Shown piece by piece: positions 1 to 9,292 of a DNA stretch of 64,000 nt. The DNA is from Planctomycetota bacterium. Its GTDB lineage: Bacteria > Planctomycetota > UBA1135 > UBA2386. The notes below the pieces were generated by a model that saw only the letters and a program-made list of their open reading frames with translations, searched no databases and was not told the DNA's origin. Location of the stretch: positions 4,640,001 through 4,704,000 of the forward strand of contig JBKAGP010000001.1 of NCBI GenBank assembly GCA_046290465.1, read 5' to 3'. The first letter of the stretch is position 1. Each line of letters begins with the position of its first letter. Made by a program: the position numbers and the translations under genes.

Positions 1-587
1 ATCGCGATGGCGGCGATCGAGCCACCGATCAGGACCTTCATGCCCTCCGCGGACAGCCGGTCGGTCTCGGCGAAGCGCGCGATCACGCGGCTGCGGAACT
101 CGCGGCGGATCTCCTCGGCGAGCCGGACGACCTCGCCGAGTTCGCGGTCGTCCGAGGCCGCGGCCCGGCGACCCTCGACGAGGTTGCCTTGCAGCACCTG
201 TCGCTGCGTCTCCAGGAGTCGGTCCAGCAGCGATTGCGCCAGCGAGGCGAACGTGCGCTGCTTCTCGGCGAGCGCGTCGGCGTCGTCGATCGCTCCGGTC
301 ATCGCTTCGAGGTCGCTCTCGGCCGCGCTGGCCCGCTCCGGGATCTCTCCGGTCAGGTCGCTCGCGCCGAGCAGCGCCAGCTGCAGGTTCTCGCCCTGGA
401 TCGTCACCAGCGTCGACTGGATCGACTCGAGGCGCGTCGACAGCTGCTGCGAACGTTCGGCTTCTTCGAGGGCGTCGGCCAGCGAGTAGCCGATCAGGAT
501 CAGCGGCACCAGCAGGGCCGCGATGGCCATCGTCGGAACGGTCAGCAGGAGCGCGCCCTTGCCGTTGATGGAGACGTTTCTGAGCAT
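1..587 (-). CDS. Membrane sensor protein, N-terminal part (TM - helical extracytoplasmic domain - TM); probably a sensor histidine kinase; runs off the window
   Basis: Own translation, absent from the ORF track: MLRNVSINGKGALLLTVPTMAIAALLVPLILIGYSL...helical region...MKVLIGGSIAAIA; open to the window edge. Confidence 0.6.
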   Translation of the reverse strand, partial: MLRNVSINGKGALLLTVPTMAIAALLVPLILIGYSLADALEEAERSQQLSTRLESIQSTLVTIQGENLQLALLGASDLTGEIPERASAAESDLEAMTGAIDDADALAEKQRTFASLAQSLLDRLLETQRQVLQGNLVEGRRAAASDDRELGEVVRLAEEIRREFRSRVIARFAETDRLSAEGMKVLIGGSIAAIA

Positions 588-647
588 GGTCGTGATTCCG
601 GTGCGATCCGATGGGCAGCGCCGATGGCGTCGATACGATAGTTGCCG

Positions 648-1334
648 ATGAGTTCGGACGACAGCCAACAAGTGGAGCCCGCCGGCGTCCTGCGCGGCAT
701 TCCGGAAGCGACCCTGCGCCGCGCGCTGCACGACCTCAGCGGTCCGCTCAACTCGATCTCGATCCTGAGCGAGCTGTTGCGAGCCAAGCTCGAGGGAGCG
801 GATCGCAGCGGCTCCGAGTTGATCGATCGCATCTCGGCGACCATCCAGCAGATGGGCCGCATGGTCCACCACGTGCGGCGGGCAGCGACGAGCATGTCGA
901 CCGACGCGTGCCGCGACCACGACCTCACAGAGGCGCTCGGCCGCGCCGCGGAACGCGCCGGTGAGTTCGAGACGACCTCGATCGACGGCGCCGATGGCCT
1001 GCAGGTCGCAGCTCCACCGGGCCAGCTCGATGGGCTGCTCGATTGCGCCTACCGCTGCGTGGCCGGCGGAGCCGCGTCGGCCTCCTGGCGGGCCGAGCGT
1101 GCCGACGGCGACGGGCCAGACGGTCGCCTGCTGCTGCGCATGCTGCTGGCAGGGGACGGCGTGGAGCTGCCGGCGGTGCCCGCTCGGCAGCACCTGGTCG
1201 CGGCCGGCGACGTCGACGCCGCGTGGTTCGAACTGTCGGCGCGCCTCGATGGGATCGGTGGCGGCTATGCCGATGGCGACGCTGGCTCCGGGCCGGTCGT
1301 CGCGATCTACTTGCCCTCGCCGATCCGAAGCTGA
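648..1334 (+). CDS. Histidine-kinase-like/phosphotransferase protein with H-box and degenerate ATPase domain
   Basis: ALHDLSGPLNSISIL H-box; no clear N/G1/G2 boxes. Confidence 0.6.
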   Translation: MSSDDSQQVEPAGVLRGIPEATLRRALHDLSGPLNSISILSELLRAKLEGADRSGSELIDRISATIQQMGRMVHHVRRAATSMSTDACRDHDLTEALGRAAERAGEFETTSIDGADGLQVAAPPGQLDGLLDCAYRCVAGGAASASWRAERADGDGPDGRLLLRMLLAGDGVELPAVPARQHLVAAGDVDAAWFELSARLDGIGGGYADGDAGSGPVVAIYLPSPIRS

Positions 1335-1365
1335 AACTGGGCGCCTTCCGCGCTCCCTCCGACCG

Positions 1366-2868
1366 ATGACCGAACTACGAACCCTGCTCGTCGAAGACGA
1401 CTCGGTGAGCGGTGCCGCCCTCGCCGAACACCTGGAGTCGCAGGGACTCCGGACCACCTTGGTGGCCTCGCTCGCGGACGCGCGTGCACAGCTGGCGGAC
1501 GGCGTGTTCGACCTCGTGTTGCTCGACATCCAGCTGCCCGACGGCAGCGGCGCCGAACTGCTCGCCGAGCTCGACGGGTCGCCCACGGACGTGGTGATGA
1601 TCTCGGGTCAGACCACCATCGAGGACACGCTCGACGCGCTCCGTCGCGGGGCGTTGGACTTCCTGCCGAAGCCGATCGACATGGCGCGGCTGAAGGCGAT
1701 CATCGCCAACCTCAACAGCCGCATGCAGCTGCGCGGCCAGGTGCAGGACCTGAGGCGCCAGCTGATCGAGCTCGGTCGCTTCGGCGGCATGGTCGGCTCG
1801 TCGCCGGCGATGAAGCGCGTCTACGACTGCATCGAGCGGGTCGCCCCGACCAACGAACGCGTGCTGATCATCGGGCCGTCCGGCGCGGGCAAGGAGGTCG
1901 CCGCGGCGACCATCCAGAAGTTGAGCCGTCGCAGCGACGCTCCCTACGTCGCGGTCAACTGCGGCGCGATCTCGCCCGCTCTGATCGAGTCCGAGTTGTT
2001 CGGCCACGAACGCGGCGCGTTCACCGGAGCCGATCGGCAGCGCAAGGGGGTGTTCGAGCAGGCGGACGGCGGCACGCTGTTCCTCGACGAGGTCACCGAG
2101 ATGCCGATCGAGCTGCAGGTGCGCCTGCTGCGCGTGCTCGAGACCGATCGCATCACCCGCGTCGGCGGACAGAAGGAGATCGAGGTCGACGTGCGCTTGA
2201 TCGCGGCGACCAACCGCGACCCCAAGGAGGCGGTCGCGCGCGGGATCCTGCGCCACGACCTGCTCTACCGACTGTTGGTGTTTCCGGTGGTTGTCCCGCC
2301 GCTCAAGGATCGCGAGGGCGACGTCCGGCTGCTTGCGCAGCACTTCCTCGAGACCCTGGACGAGTCGCACGGGGACCGGCGCACGCTCAGCGCGGCCGCC
2401 CTGCGCATGCTCGAAGCGCACGACTGGCCCGGCAACGTGCGCGAGCTGTACAACGCGCTGCGACGTGCCTACATCATGTCGACCGACGTGATCCAACCCG
2501 ACGACCTGCTGCTCGGGGACGTCGCGGTTGCGGACAGCGTCGGCGAACCGGTCGCTGCCGCGGCGGCTGAGCCGGCCGTCACCTCATCTGACGATTCGGC
2601 TGGCGATTCGGCGACCGGCGGCGTCGGCGACGCCGCCAGCGAACGGCCAGGACGATTCGGTGACGCAGCCGGCGGCAACGATGTCGATGCAGCCGGGCCG
2701 ATCACGATCCGACCCGGGATGAGCATCGCCGAGGCGGAGCGCCTGTTGATCCTCGCGACGCTCGAGTCCGTCGATGGCAACAAGAAGGCCGCGGTCGAGA
2801 GCCTCGGCATCAGCCTGAAGACGCTTTATTCGCGGCTGCAGGTCTACTCCGCCGCCGACGAGCGCTGA
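1366..2868 (+). CDS. Sigma54-dependent response regulator (NtrC family: REC-AAA+-Fis HTH)
   Basis: [55 protein letters not shown]-terminal LGISLKTLY; ATG at 1366. Confidence 0.95.
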   Translation: MTELRTLLVEDDSVSGAALAEHLESQGLRTTLVASLADARAQLADGVFDLVLLDIQLPDGSGAELLAELDGSPTDVVMISGQTTIEDTLDALRRGALDFLPKPIDMARLKAIIANLNSRMQLRGQVQDLRRQLIELGRFGGMVGSSPAMKRVYDCIERVAPTNERVLIIGPSGAGKEVAAATIQKLSRRSDAPYVAVNCGAISPALIESELFGHERGAFTGADRQRKGVFEQADGGTLFLDEVTEMPIELQVRLLRVLETDRITRVGGQKEIEVDVRLIAATNRDPKEAVARGILRHDLLYRLLVFPVVVPPLKDREGDVRLLAQHFLETLDESHGDRRTLSAAALRMLEAHDWPGNVRELYNALRRAYIMSTDVIQPDDLLLGDVAVADSVGEPVAAAAAEPAVTSSDDSAGDSATGGVGDAASERPGRFGDAAGGNDVDAAGPITIRPGMSIAEAERLLILATLESVDGNKKAAVESLGISLKTLYSRLQVYSAADER

Positions 2869-2981
2869 TCGCGGCGGCGATTCGGGCGCCCGTCATCACG
2901 GCCCGTGTGCATTCTGCAATCGGGATGCGCCGTGACGCCTTCGAGCAGGACGTTCGGTCGACGTGACGAGGGGAGGGGCCG

Positions 2982-2997
2982 TGGCATGGAGCTTGCT
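2982..2997 (+). promoter_or_regulatory. Sigma54 -24/-12 promoter
   Basis: TGGCAT-GGAGC-TTGCT vs consensus TGGCAC-N5-TTGCW. Confidence 0.75.
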
Positions 2998-3008
2998 CCC
3001 GGCGCGCC

Positions 3009-3695
3009 ATGCCAAAGCTGCACCGGTGCCTCTACCTCGCCGCCCCCCTGACCATGATCGCCTGCTCGACGCAGCACGCCACGCTGCCGCGAGCAGTCGG
3101 AGACGACCCGGCCAGTCCTGCATGGCGGGGTTCGCCGTCCGCAGCGGAACCGTTCGCGTCGACGGCACCCGCATCGCGCACCGTCCGCGCGCCCGAGCGT
3201 CCGCCGGTCCAGGAGCCCGAGGCCAAGAGCAGCGGCTGGCCGCGCGACGACGCGCCGTGGGAGATCACGGTCGGTGGTGCCGGTGCCAGCAACGACGACT
3301 TCGACGCGGGTGGCGCCCAGCTCGGCGTGACCGTCGGCTACTACCTCAACCCGGTGGTCCAGGTCTCGTTCCGCCAGAACGGTTGGTTCAGTGACGCCGG
3401 CCCGAGCATGTCGGAGCAGTGGAACGGCGCCTCGCGCTTCGCCATCGACCTGCATGTTCCCGGCGGTCCCGTGCAGCCGTACATCGGCGCCAACGTCGGC
3501 TACGTCTACGGCGACAGCGTCAAGGAGACGATGGTCGCGGGCCCCGAGGCCGGCGTGAAGTTCTACCTGCAGGACGACGCGTTCCTGCAGGCGGGGGCGG
3601 AGTACCAGTTCTTCTTTGACGAGGACGACTCGCTCGAGGCGGCGTTCGACGACGGCCAGGTGCTCTACGCGCTGACGATGGGCCTGCGCTTCTGA
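3009..3695 (+). CDS. Outer-membrane beta-barrel protein with lipoprotein-type signal
   Basis: Lipobox MIAC, Pro-rich linker, amphipathic strands ([20 protein letters not shown]), C-terminal LTMGLRF. Confidence 0.75.
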   Translation: MPKLHRCLYLAAPLTMIACSTQHATLPRAVGDDPASPAWRGSPSAAEPFASTAPASRTVRAPERPPVQEPEAKSSGWPRDDAPWEITVGGAGASNDDFDAGGAQLGVTVGYYLNPVVQVSFRQNGWFSDAGPSMSEQWNGASRFAIDLHVPGGPVQPYIGANVGYVYGDSVKETMVAGPEAGVKFYLQDDAFLQAGAEYQFFFDEDDSLEAAFDDGQVLYALTMGLRF

Positions 3696-3910
3696 TCGTC
3701 GTTCCGCCGAACGGGACGCCACGCTCCGCCGGTTCGAGGGTGCCTTCGCAGCTTGCGAAGGTGCCCTCGTCGCGGTTTTGGGCGTTGGCCGCGGCGGTGC
3801 CGTGCGCGGCTGTGCAAAGGATGCAGCGTTGTGCAGAAACGGCGCGCCCGGTTGCGCAGATCCTGCTCGGGCGGTGCCACGCCACCGGGGGAACGGCAGT
3901 CTTCGAGGTT

Positions 3911-3926
3911 TGGCACGGCGGTTGCT
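3911..3926 (+). promoter_or_regulatory. Sigma54 -24/-12 promoter
   Basis: TGGCAC-GGCGG-TTGCT, perfect consensus, 46 bp before the DUF1328 ATG. Confidence 0.88.
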
Positions 3927-3972
3927 CCTGCTCTGGTGCGACCCGACACCCGGGTCATCGAGGTCCTATCCA

Positions 3973-4140
3973 ATGCTTTCCTACACCCTCACCTTCCTCT
4001 TCCTCGCCCTGATCGCTGCCGTGTTCGGCTTCGGCGGAATCGCCGCGAGCTTCGCCGGTATCGCCAAGATCCTCTTCGTCGTGTTCCTGGTGCTGCTGGT
4101 GATCAGCTTCCTGTTCGGTCGCCGCCGCGTCGTCGCCTGA
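3973..4140 (+). CDS. DUF1328 / UPF0391 small membrane protein (YtjA-like)
   Basis: [47 protein letters not shown], the family pattern. Confidence 0.93.
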   Translation: MLSYTLTFLFLALIAAVFGFGGIAASFAGIAKILFVVFLVLLVISFLFGRRRVVA

Positions 4141-4215
4141 TCGGCGAGCCGATCGACACGCACCCCAGCCCGAACCACGCCCGACGACCCGACCCTCTTC
4201 TTCAGGAGACCAGAC

Positions 4216-4404
4216 ATGCAAGCACGCACCAGCCCTTCCGTTCCCGCCAAGCCCGCCCGCAAGCTCACGGTCTGGGCGCTCGCCGCGATGTTGCCGTTGT
4301 TCGCGCTCACGGCATGTGACGGCGACGACATCGAAGACGTCGGCGACGAAATCCAGGACGTCGGCGAGGAGATCGGCGACAAGATCGAGGATATCGGCAA
4401 GTAG
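4216..4404 (+). CDS. Small acidic lipoprotein (entericidin/LEA-like)
   Basis: RBS AGGAG, lipobox LTAC, repeated DVG(D/E)EI units. Confidence 0.7.
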   Translation: MQARTSPSVPAKPARKLTVWALAAMLPLFALTACDGDDIEDVGDEIQDVGEEIGDKIEDIGK

Positions 4405-4482
4405 CCGTCGTCTTCGCTCGCCTTGCCCGCGGCTGCGTCACCAGGTGCGCGTCGCGGGTCGATCCCGACCGGCGATCCAGCC

Positions 4483-4896
4483 ATGGTCTTCATCACGTTG
4501 CCGAGCTGTTTCGTCGCCTGCCTGGTGCTGACCGCGTGCGTCTACGACGCCGCGGGCATCCGCCGAGGGCGCGTCGGGCGCGGCCTGGCCGACGCCGCGC
4601 GACTCGCGCGCGAAATCCAGTCGTGGCGCCTGCGCCTGTCGCGCGGCCACGTCGATCCGCTGCTGCCCGCCGAACTGTCGAGCTTCCAGCGACGCGCGGC
4701 CGCGATCGCGTCCGCGCTCGACGAGACCGACGCCGCACGGGAGCGGCTGCTCGGCGTGCGCGCCGCGCTCGCATCGATCGCCGACCTCGACGTGCCGTCG
4801 TTCGGTTCCCGGCCCGACACGCAGCAACTCGATCGCCTCGCCAGTCGCGCGGGGCGGCTCGACGGCGCCGTTCGTCGCGCCCGCTGCTCTGCCTGA
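4483..4896 (+). CDS. Hypothetical protein with N-terminal hydrophobic segment
   Basis: ATG at 4483, GC-rich third positions, operon position. Confidence 0.5.
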   Translation: MVFITLPSCFVACLVLTACVYDAAGIRRGRVGRGLADAARLAREIQSWRLRLSRGHVDPLLPAELSSFQRRAAAIASALDETDAARERLLGVRAALASIADLDVPSFGSRPDTQQLDRLASRAGRLDGAVRRARCSA

Positions 4897-5058
4897 GCGC
4901 AGCCGCCATTGCCGCCGACGCCGGGATGCGCGCATGCACGATCTACCACGACGAAGGGTGGATGTTGCAAAGCCAACGGCTGCCACCAGATCGCTCGCAC
5001 CCCGCAACTGGTTGCCGAGCAAGCGGCAACGATCAATGCGCGGAGAAGTCCGCAGGCT

Positions 5059-5074
5059 GGGCACGCGCCTTGCT
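5059..5074 (+). promoter_or_regulatory. Sigma54 -24/-12 promoter
   Basis: GGGCAC-GCGCC-TTGCT upstream of the CsbD pair. Confidence 0.75.
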
Positions 5075-5147
5075 TCTAAGGCTTCCGGCCGACGGCGAGG
5101 TTCGCCGCGCGGCCAACACATCCATCAACCAACCACAGGAGATTCCC

Positions 5148-5375
5148 GTGACTACCCGAGCCCTCGAGGGCAGCTGGCTCCGTCTCAAGAGCCAACTCAA
5201 ACGCAGCTGGAGCAAACTCACCGAAGGCGACCTGGTCGCGATCCGCGGTGACCACACGCACGCGGCCGTGCGCATCCAGATGCGCTACGGCTCGCAGCGC
5301 GAAGCTGCGCAGACCGAGTGGGCCCACTTCTGCGAGAACTACTCGCGCGGTCTCGTCGCCACGGGCAAGGAGTAA
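5148..5375 (+). CDS. CsbD/YjbJ-family stress protein
   Basis: RBS AGGAG then GTG; LEGSWLRLKSQLKRSWSKLTEGDLVAIRG...IQMRYG matches the CsbD pattern. Confidence 0.8.
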   Translation: MTTRALEGSWLRLKSQLKRSWSKLTEGDLVAIRGDHTHAAVRIQMRYGSQREAAQTEWAHFCENYSRGLVATGKE

Positions 5376-5380
5376 GAACC

Positions 5381-5833
5381 ATGCGATTCGAACGATTGGA
5401 AAACACCCTCAACGACCTCCGCACGCGCATCAAGGGCAAGTGGAGCAAGCTTACCAAGGCCGACCTCGACAAGATCGAGGGCCACTACTCGGAGCTGGCG
5501 GACGTCATCGCCAAGCGCTACTCGATGTCCAAGGGCGAGGCCAAGGAAGCCGTCGAGGAGTTCGGCGACGAGGTCGGCACGACGTTCGGCGAGGTCGCGC
5601 AGCACCTCGGGGACGCGGCGTCGGACGCCTGGCGCAACGGTCGCCATGCGGTCAAGGAGGCCTTCGACCGCACGGCCGAACGCGCCGGCGATGCGTGGCA
5701 GAGCACCAAGGACGGCGCGCAGCACCTGCGCGAGCGCACCGGCGAGGTCGTCAAGCAGAAGCCGCTGACGTCGATCCTGGTCGCCGCGGGCGTGGGTATC
5801 TTCGCCGGCTTCCTGCTGCGCCGGAGCCGCTGA
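5381..5833 (+). CDS. CsbD domain fused to ElaB/YqjD (DUF883)-like C-terminal membrane anchor
   Basis: IKGKWSKLTKADLDKIEG...KRYSMSKGEA; C-terminal VKQKPLTSILVAAGVGIFAGFLLRRSR. Confidence 0.85.
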   Translation: MRFERLENTLNDLRTRIKGKWSKLTKADLDKIEGHYSELADVIAKRYSMSKGEAKEAVEEFGDEVGTTFGEVAQHLGDAASDAWRNGRHAVKEAFDRTAERAGDAWQSTKDGAQHLRERTGEVVKQKPLTSILVAAGVGIFAGFLLRRSR

Positions 5834-5841
5834 ACGTGATC

Positions 5842-6459
5842 ATGCGCCGCGACCCCAGCAGCTCGCACGACGAGGGCCCTGAGCGGTCCTCTCTGCTGCA
5901 AGACCTGTCGCTTGCCGCCCAGGGTGCTCGCCAGGGCATCCGGGCGGCGGCCGGAATGGCCGAGCAGGAGCTGGAGCGGGTGCGCCTGCGCTCCAAGGTC
6001 TGGCTGTCGGAGCTCGCGCTGCGCGCACTGGCCGGCATCCTGCTGGTCTTCGCCGCCTGCCTTGCGTTGGCGCTCGGGGTCTACGGGCTCGTCACCGGCC
6101 TCACCGACGGCCTCGGCTTGCCGATGTGGGCCGCCGCGCTCACGGTCTCCGGTCTGATGCTGGCGACCGGTGCCGTCTCGTATCTTCGATGGCGCAGCAA
6201 CGTCCGCCGCAAGCAGCACGACGCCGGCGACCACACACACCATCTCGCCGAGCTTCGCCGTGCGCGCCGCAAGATCACGCGTGGCCTCTCGAGCCCCAAG
6301 GCGCTGCTGACCGTCGGTGGCGTCGGCGCGGGTGCCGCCGTGGCCCTTCGCAGCCGCGGCGTGCGCAGGATGGTCGTGGCCGGAACGCGCCTGGCGAAGT
6401 ACAGCACGCTGCGCAAGATCCTGCGCGATACGAGCCAGGCTTCGCGCCGCGCCAACTAG
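5842..6459 (+). CDS. YqjE/holin-like (phage_holin_3_6) membrane protein
   Basis: AEQELERVRL followed by two TM helices (..LPMWAAALTVSG..); directly follows the DUF883-like gene. Confidence 0.65.
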   Translation: MRRDPSSSHDEGPERSSLLQDLSLAAQGARQGIRAAAGMAEQELERVRLRSKVWLSELALRALAGILLVFAACLALALGVYGLVTGLTDGLGLPMWAAALTVSGLMLATGAVSYLRWRSNVRRKQHDAGDHTHHLAELRRARRKITRGLSSPKALLTVGGVGAGAAVALRSRGVRRMVVAGTRLAKYSTLRKILRDTSQASRRAN

Positions 6460-6591
6460 CGTCGCTGTCGATCCGCCGGCATTCGTGACGCGCGGCGGAT
6501 CCCGTTTCTACAAAGCAGCAGGACGCCACGGCCGCTGCGGTGGCCCTCTTGCCGAGCAGGCACGTGGTCTGGTTGTTGCGAAGGCGTGGGC

Positions 6592-6975
6592 ATGCAATCC
6601 CTCGTCCCCCTCTCGCTCGCAGCTGCCTGTCTCCTGATGTCCTCGTGCTCCGAAGGTCGCACCCGCACCGTCGAAGCCAGCACCGACGGCCCACAAGAGC
6701 CGATCAACGGATTCGACACCGACGTGCTCGAGCCGGACCTCGGCAACGACGGTGCATCCAGCGCGGGTGCTCCGCCGGGTACCGTCGACGACGCCTCGGT
6801 CGCTTCGTCTCCCGATCGTGCGTCTGCTGGCAGTTCGCCGCCGGGTGGTGGGGCGCAGGGAAGCGGCGCGCAGCCAGTGCCGGAGCCGAGCACGCTGCTG
6901 TTGCTCGGCAGCGGTTTGGCGGGGGTCGGAGCTTCGATGTTCCGACGCCGTCGCAAGCCGCAACAGGGCGCGTAG
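6592..6975 (+). CDS. Small PEP-CTERM sorting-domain protein with lipoprotein-like signal
   Basis: VPEPSTLLLLGSGLAGVGASMFRRRRK tail; N-terminal LLMSSC. Confidence 0.85.
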   Translation: MQSLVPLSLAAACLLMSSCSEGRTRTVEASTDGPQEPINGFDTDVLEPDLGNDGASSAGAPPGTVDDASVASSPDRASAGSSPPGGGAQGSGAQPVPEPSTLLLLGSGLAGVGASMFRRRRKPQQGA

Positions 6976-7154
6976 CGCACGTCGCTTCGCGCACGCCGCG
7001 CGTGCGACTTGCAGAATCTGCCGCGACCGACGCGCGAGGATGCGCTCGTTGGTCGACGCGGGTGCGATGCAGGCGCCGGTTCGCGCGCCGCCAACGGCCC
7101 AAAAGCAGGTCGTAGCGGACGACTTCGGGGTCCCGGTCCCCAGTTCGCCGCGCT

Positions 7155-7170
7155 TGGCACGCCTTCTGCA
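7155..7170 (+). promoter_or_regulatory. Sigma54 -24/-12 promoter
   Basis: TGGCAC-GCCTT-CTGCA (GG-N10-GC). Confidence 0.75.
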
Positions 7171-7291
7171 TTCGACCGCATGCCTTCGTCGCGAGGGCGG
7201 CCCATCCGGGAACGCTCCCGCGTCGCGAAGCAACTCGCAGGTCGGCACCTCGGTGGCGACCGACACCAACACCATCACCGAACGACAAACG

Positions 7292-8620
7292 ATGAACCTC
7301 AACCTCCCGCTCCTCGCCAGCGCCGCCGCTGCGCTGGCCGTTCTCAACCCGGCTACGGCGCAGGACGACGCCAAGAAACGCAGCGCCGACCGCCCGATCT
7401 TCGTCTCGACCGACTCCCTGATGGGCTGCAAGGTCGAGTGGCCCGGTGACGCGAAGTGCACCGTCAAGGACGCGCTGGTCGACCCGTCGACCGGACGCAT
7501 CGCCGGCCTCGTCATGGACAGCGGCGCGATCGCCAGCTTCGACCGCCTGTGCTGGAACCCGGACGCGAGCTGCTTCGCCTGCACGAAGCCGCAAGCCGGC
7601 ACCGCCGAGGCTGCGAGTTCGAAGAAGAAGACGGACGCGGAAGCCAAGGACGCCGCCGCGAGCACCAAGGCCGGCCGGCCGCTCGACGGCACCTTCCTGC
7701 TCTCGAGCGTCGTGAGCCTGCCGCTCGTCGGCTACGAGCGCACCGAAGAAGGGGACCGCAAGGACTGCGAGATCGGCTCGGTCGGCGGCGCGTTCGTCGA
7801 CACGTGCTCGGGCAACCTGGCGTTCGTCACGACGTCGGTCGGCGGTGTGCTCGGCATCGGCGCCGAGTCGCGCGTCATCCCGTGGTCGGCCGTCTGCGTC
7901 GAACGCGGCGCCGAGGGTGAGTTCCAGCTGAGCACCGACATCCACAAGAAGCGCCTCGAGAAGGCGCCGGCGTTCGGTGACGGCGCCGACAACCTGCACA
8001 ACCCGAACTACCGCGACACGCTCTACTCATACTACGGCACGCGCCGCGCCGACTTCGAGCCGGCGTCGAGCGACGGCGTCTCGGTGATCCCGGTCGACCA
8101 GATGATGGGGGCCACGATCGTCCGCGCCGGCAACGCGAAGGGCTCGCTGAAGGACCTCGTGCTCGACCCGAAGAGCGGCCAGGTGTCGCTCGCCATCTGT
8201 GCCAACGGCGACGTCGTGCCGGCGTCGGCGCTGCGCTGGGACGAGCGGGCGAAGCAGTTCCAACTGAGCGGTGACGTGAAGCCGGTCGAGATGGACGCCA
8301 ACCAGGAGCAGATCCTGGCCTCGGCGCTCGCCGACTACAGCGTCATGTGCGGCTCCGAGCGGACCGGTGACCTGGAGGACGTCTACTTCGACGCCAACGC
8401 CGGCAAGATCGCCTACCTGTCGATCGAGAAGGACGGCGTTCGGGTCCTGCCGTGGTCGGTGGTCACGCTGAACACGGAAGGCAAGCAGCCGAGCATCTGC
8501 CTCGGTTGCGCGCACGACGCCCTGGAGAACGCTCCGAAGCTCAACGGCGAAATGGGCGCGACCATCTACAGCCCGGCGTTCCGTGCGCGCGTCGCCGCCG
8601 TCGAAACCAAGCCGCAATAA
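7292..8620 (+). CDS. Secreted multi-PRC-barrel domain protein
   Basis: Signal peptide; four repeats such as VKDALVDPSTGRI, LKDLVLDPKSGQV, LEDVYFDANAGKI; GGVLGIG..RVIPWS. Confidence 0.85.
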   Translation: MNLNLPLLASAAAALAVLNPATAQDDAKKRSADRPIFVSTDSLMGCKVEWPGDAKCTVKDALVDPSTGRIAGLVMDSGAIASFDRLCWNPDASCFACTKPQAGTAEAASSKKKTDAEAKDAAASTKAGRPLDGTFLLSSVVSLPLVGYERTEEGDRKDCEIGSVGGAFVDTCSGNLAFVTTSVGGVLGIGAESRVIPWSAVCVERGAEGEFQLSTDIHKKRLEKAPAFGDGADNLHNPNYRDTLYSYYGTRRADFEPASSDGVSVIPVDQMMGATIVRAGNAKGSLKDLVLDPKSGQVSLAICANGDVVPASALRWDERAKQFQLSGDVKPVEMDANQEQILASALADYSVMCGSERTGDLEDVYFDANAGKIAYLSIEKDGVRVLPWSVVTLNTEGKQPSICLGCAHDALENAPKLNGEMGATIYSPAFRARVAAVETKPQ

Positions 8621-8632
8621 GGCACGCCTGCC

Positions 8633-8839
8633 ATGAACAAGCCCGTGAGCATCGCCCTGGTCGTCGTCGGTCTGATCCTGCTGGTGATGGGCTTCAACGC
8701 CACGGAGGCCTTCGCCTCCGAGGTGTCGGAGTTCTTCACCGGCTCGCCGACCGACAAGGCCATCTGGCTGATCCTCGGTGGTGCCGCGGCGCTCGTCCTC
8801 GGCGGCATCGGCCTCCTCAACCGTTCGAAGCGATCATGA
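8633..8839 (+). CDS. DUF3185 family membrane protein
   Basis: SEVSEFFTGSPTDKAIWLILGG between two TM helices. Confidence 0.9.
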   Translation: MNKPVSIALVVVGLILLVMGFNATEAFASEVSEFFTGSPTDKAIWLILGGAAALVLGGIGLLNRSKRS

Positions 8840-9252
8840 CACCCAAAGGCGAAGCAGTCGGCCCGATGGCCGACCCCGGCAGGTCGACGACGACGATCTG
8901 CACCGCGTTGTTCCCCAACGGTCGCGCGGCCGACGCCGCGGTGCACGACCTCGTCCGGTCGGGCGTCCCCGCGGGCGACATCAGCCTGATCGACTCCGAG
9001 CACGACGGCCGCGGTCCCGCGGTCGTCGGCGCCGATGCGGTTGCCGCCGAAGCGGACGCACATCGCGGGCAGCTCCTCGCGAGCGGCCCGACGTCCTCAC
9101 CCATCCCCGGTCGGCTGCCGACGAACGGCTCGGCCAACCGGGCAGCCGGAGCGCTGGTCATGGTCGGCCTGCACTGCGGCGATCCCAGCGGGAGCGATCG
9201 TGTCCTGACGATCTGCGCCGCCGCCGGCGCGCTCAGGACGTCGGCGATCTGA
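8836..9252 (+). CDS. General stress protein (YflT/17M-like), divergent
   Basis: TALFPNGRAADAAVHDLVRSGVPAGDISLI; ATGA overlap with DUF3185. Confidence 0.6.
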   Translation: MTPKGEAVGPMADPGRSTTTICTALFPNGRAADAAVHDLVRSGVPAGDISLIDSEHDGRGPAVVGADAVAAEADAHRGQLLASGPTSSPIPGRLPTNGSANRAAGALVMVGLHCGDPSGSDRVLTICAAAGALRTSAI

Positions 9253-9292
9253 ACCCGCGTTTCCGACCATCTCCGACCCGAACCAGGCAACC

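Noticed and set aside
961..1365. N-terminal extensions in the ORF track (also 5248, 6752, 13761, 24884, 28061, 30989, 44761, 58360, 63810)
   Set aside because: They overlap neighbouring genes or promoters; the downstream starts fit domain boundaries and RBS or overlap patterns
5842..6459. Holin as evidence of a prophage
   Set aside because: YqjE-like stress membrane family in a YqjD context; no phage genes nearby
6538..6573. Sigma54 promoter before the PEP-CTERM gene
   Set aside because: Two half-matches only (CGGTGG-N5-TTGC and AGGCAC-N5-CTGG); neither has both boxes
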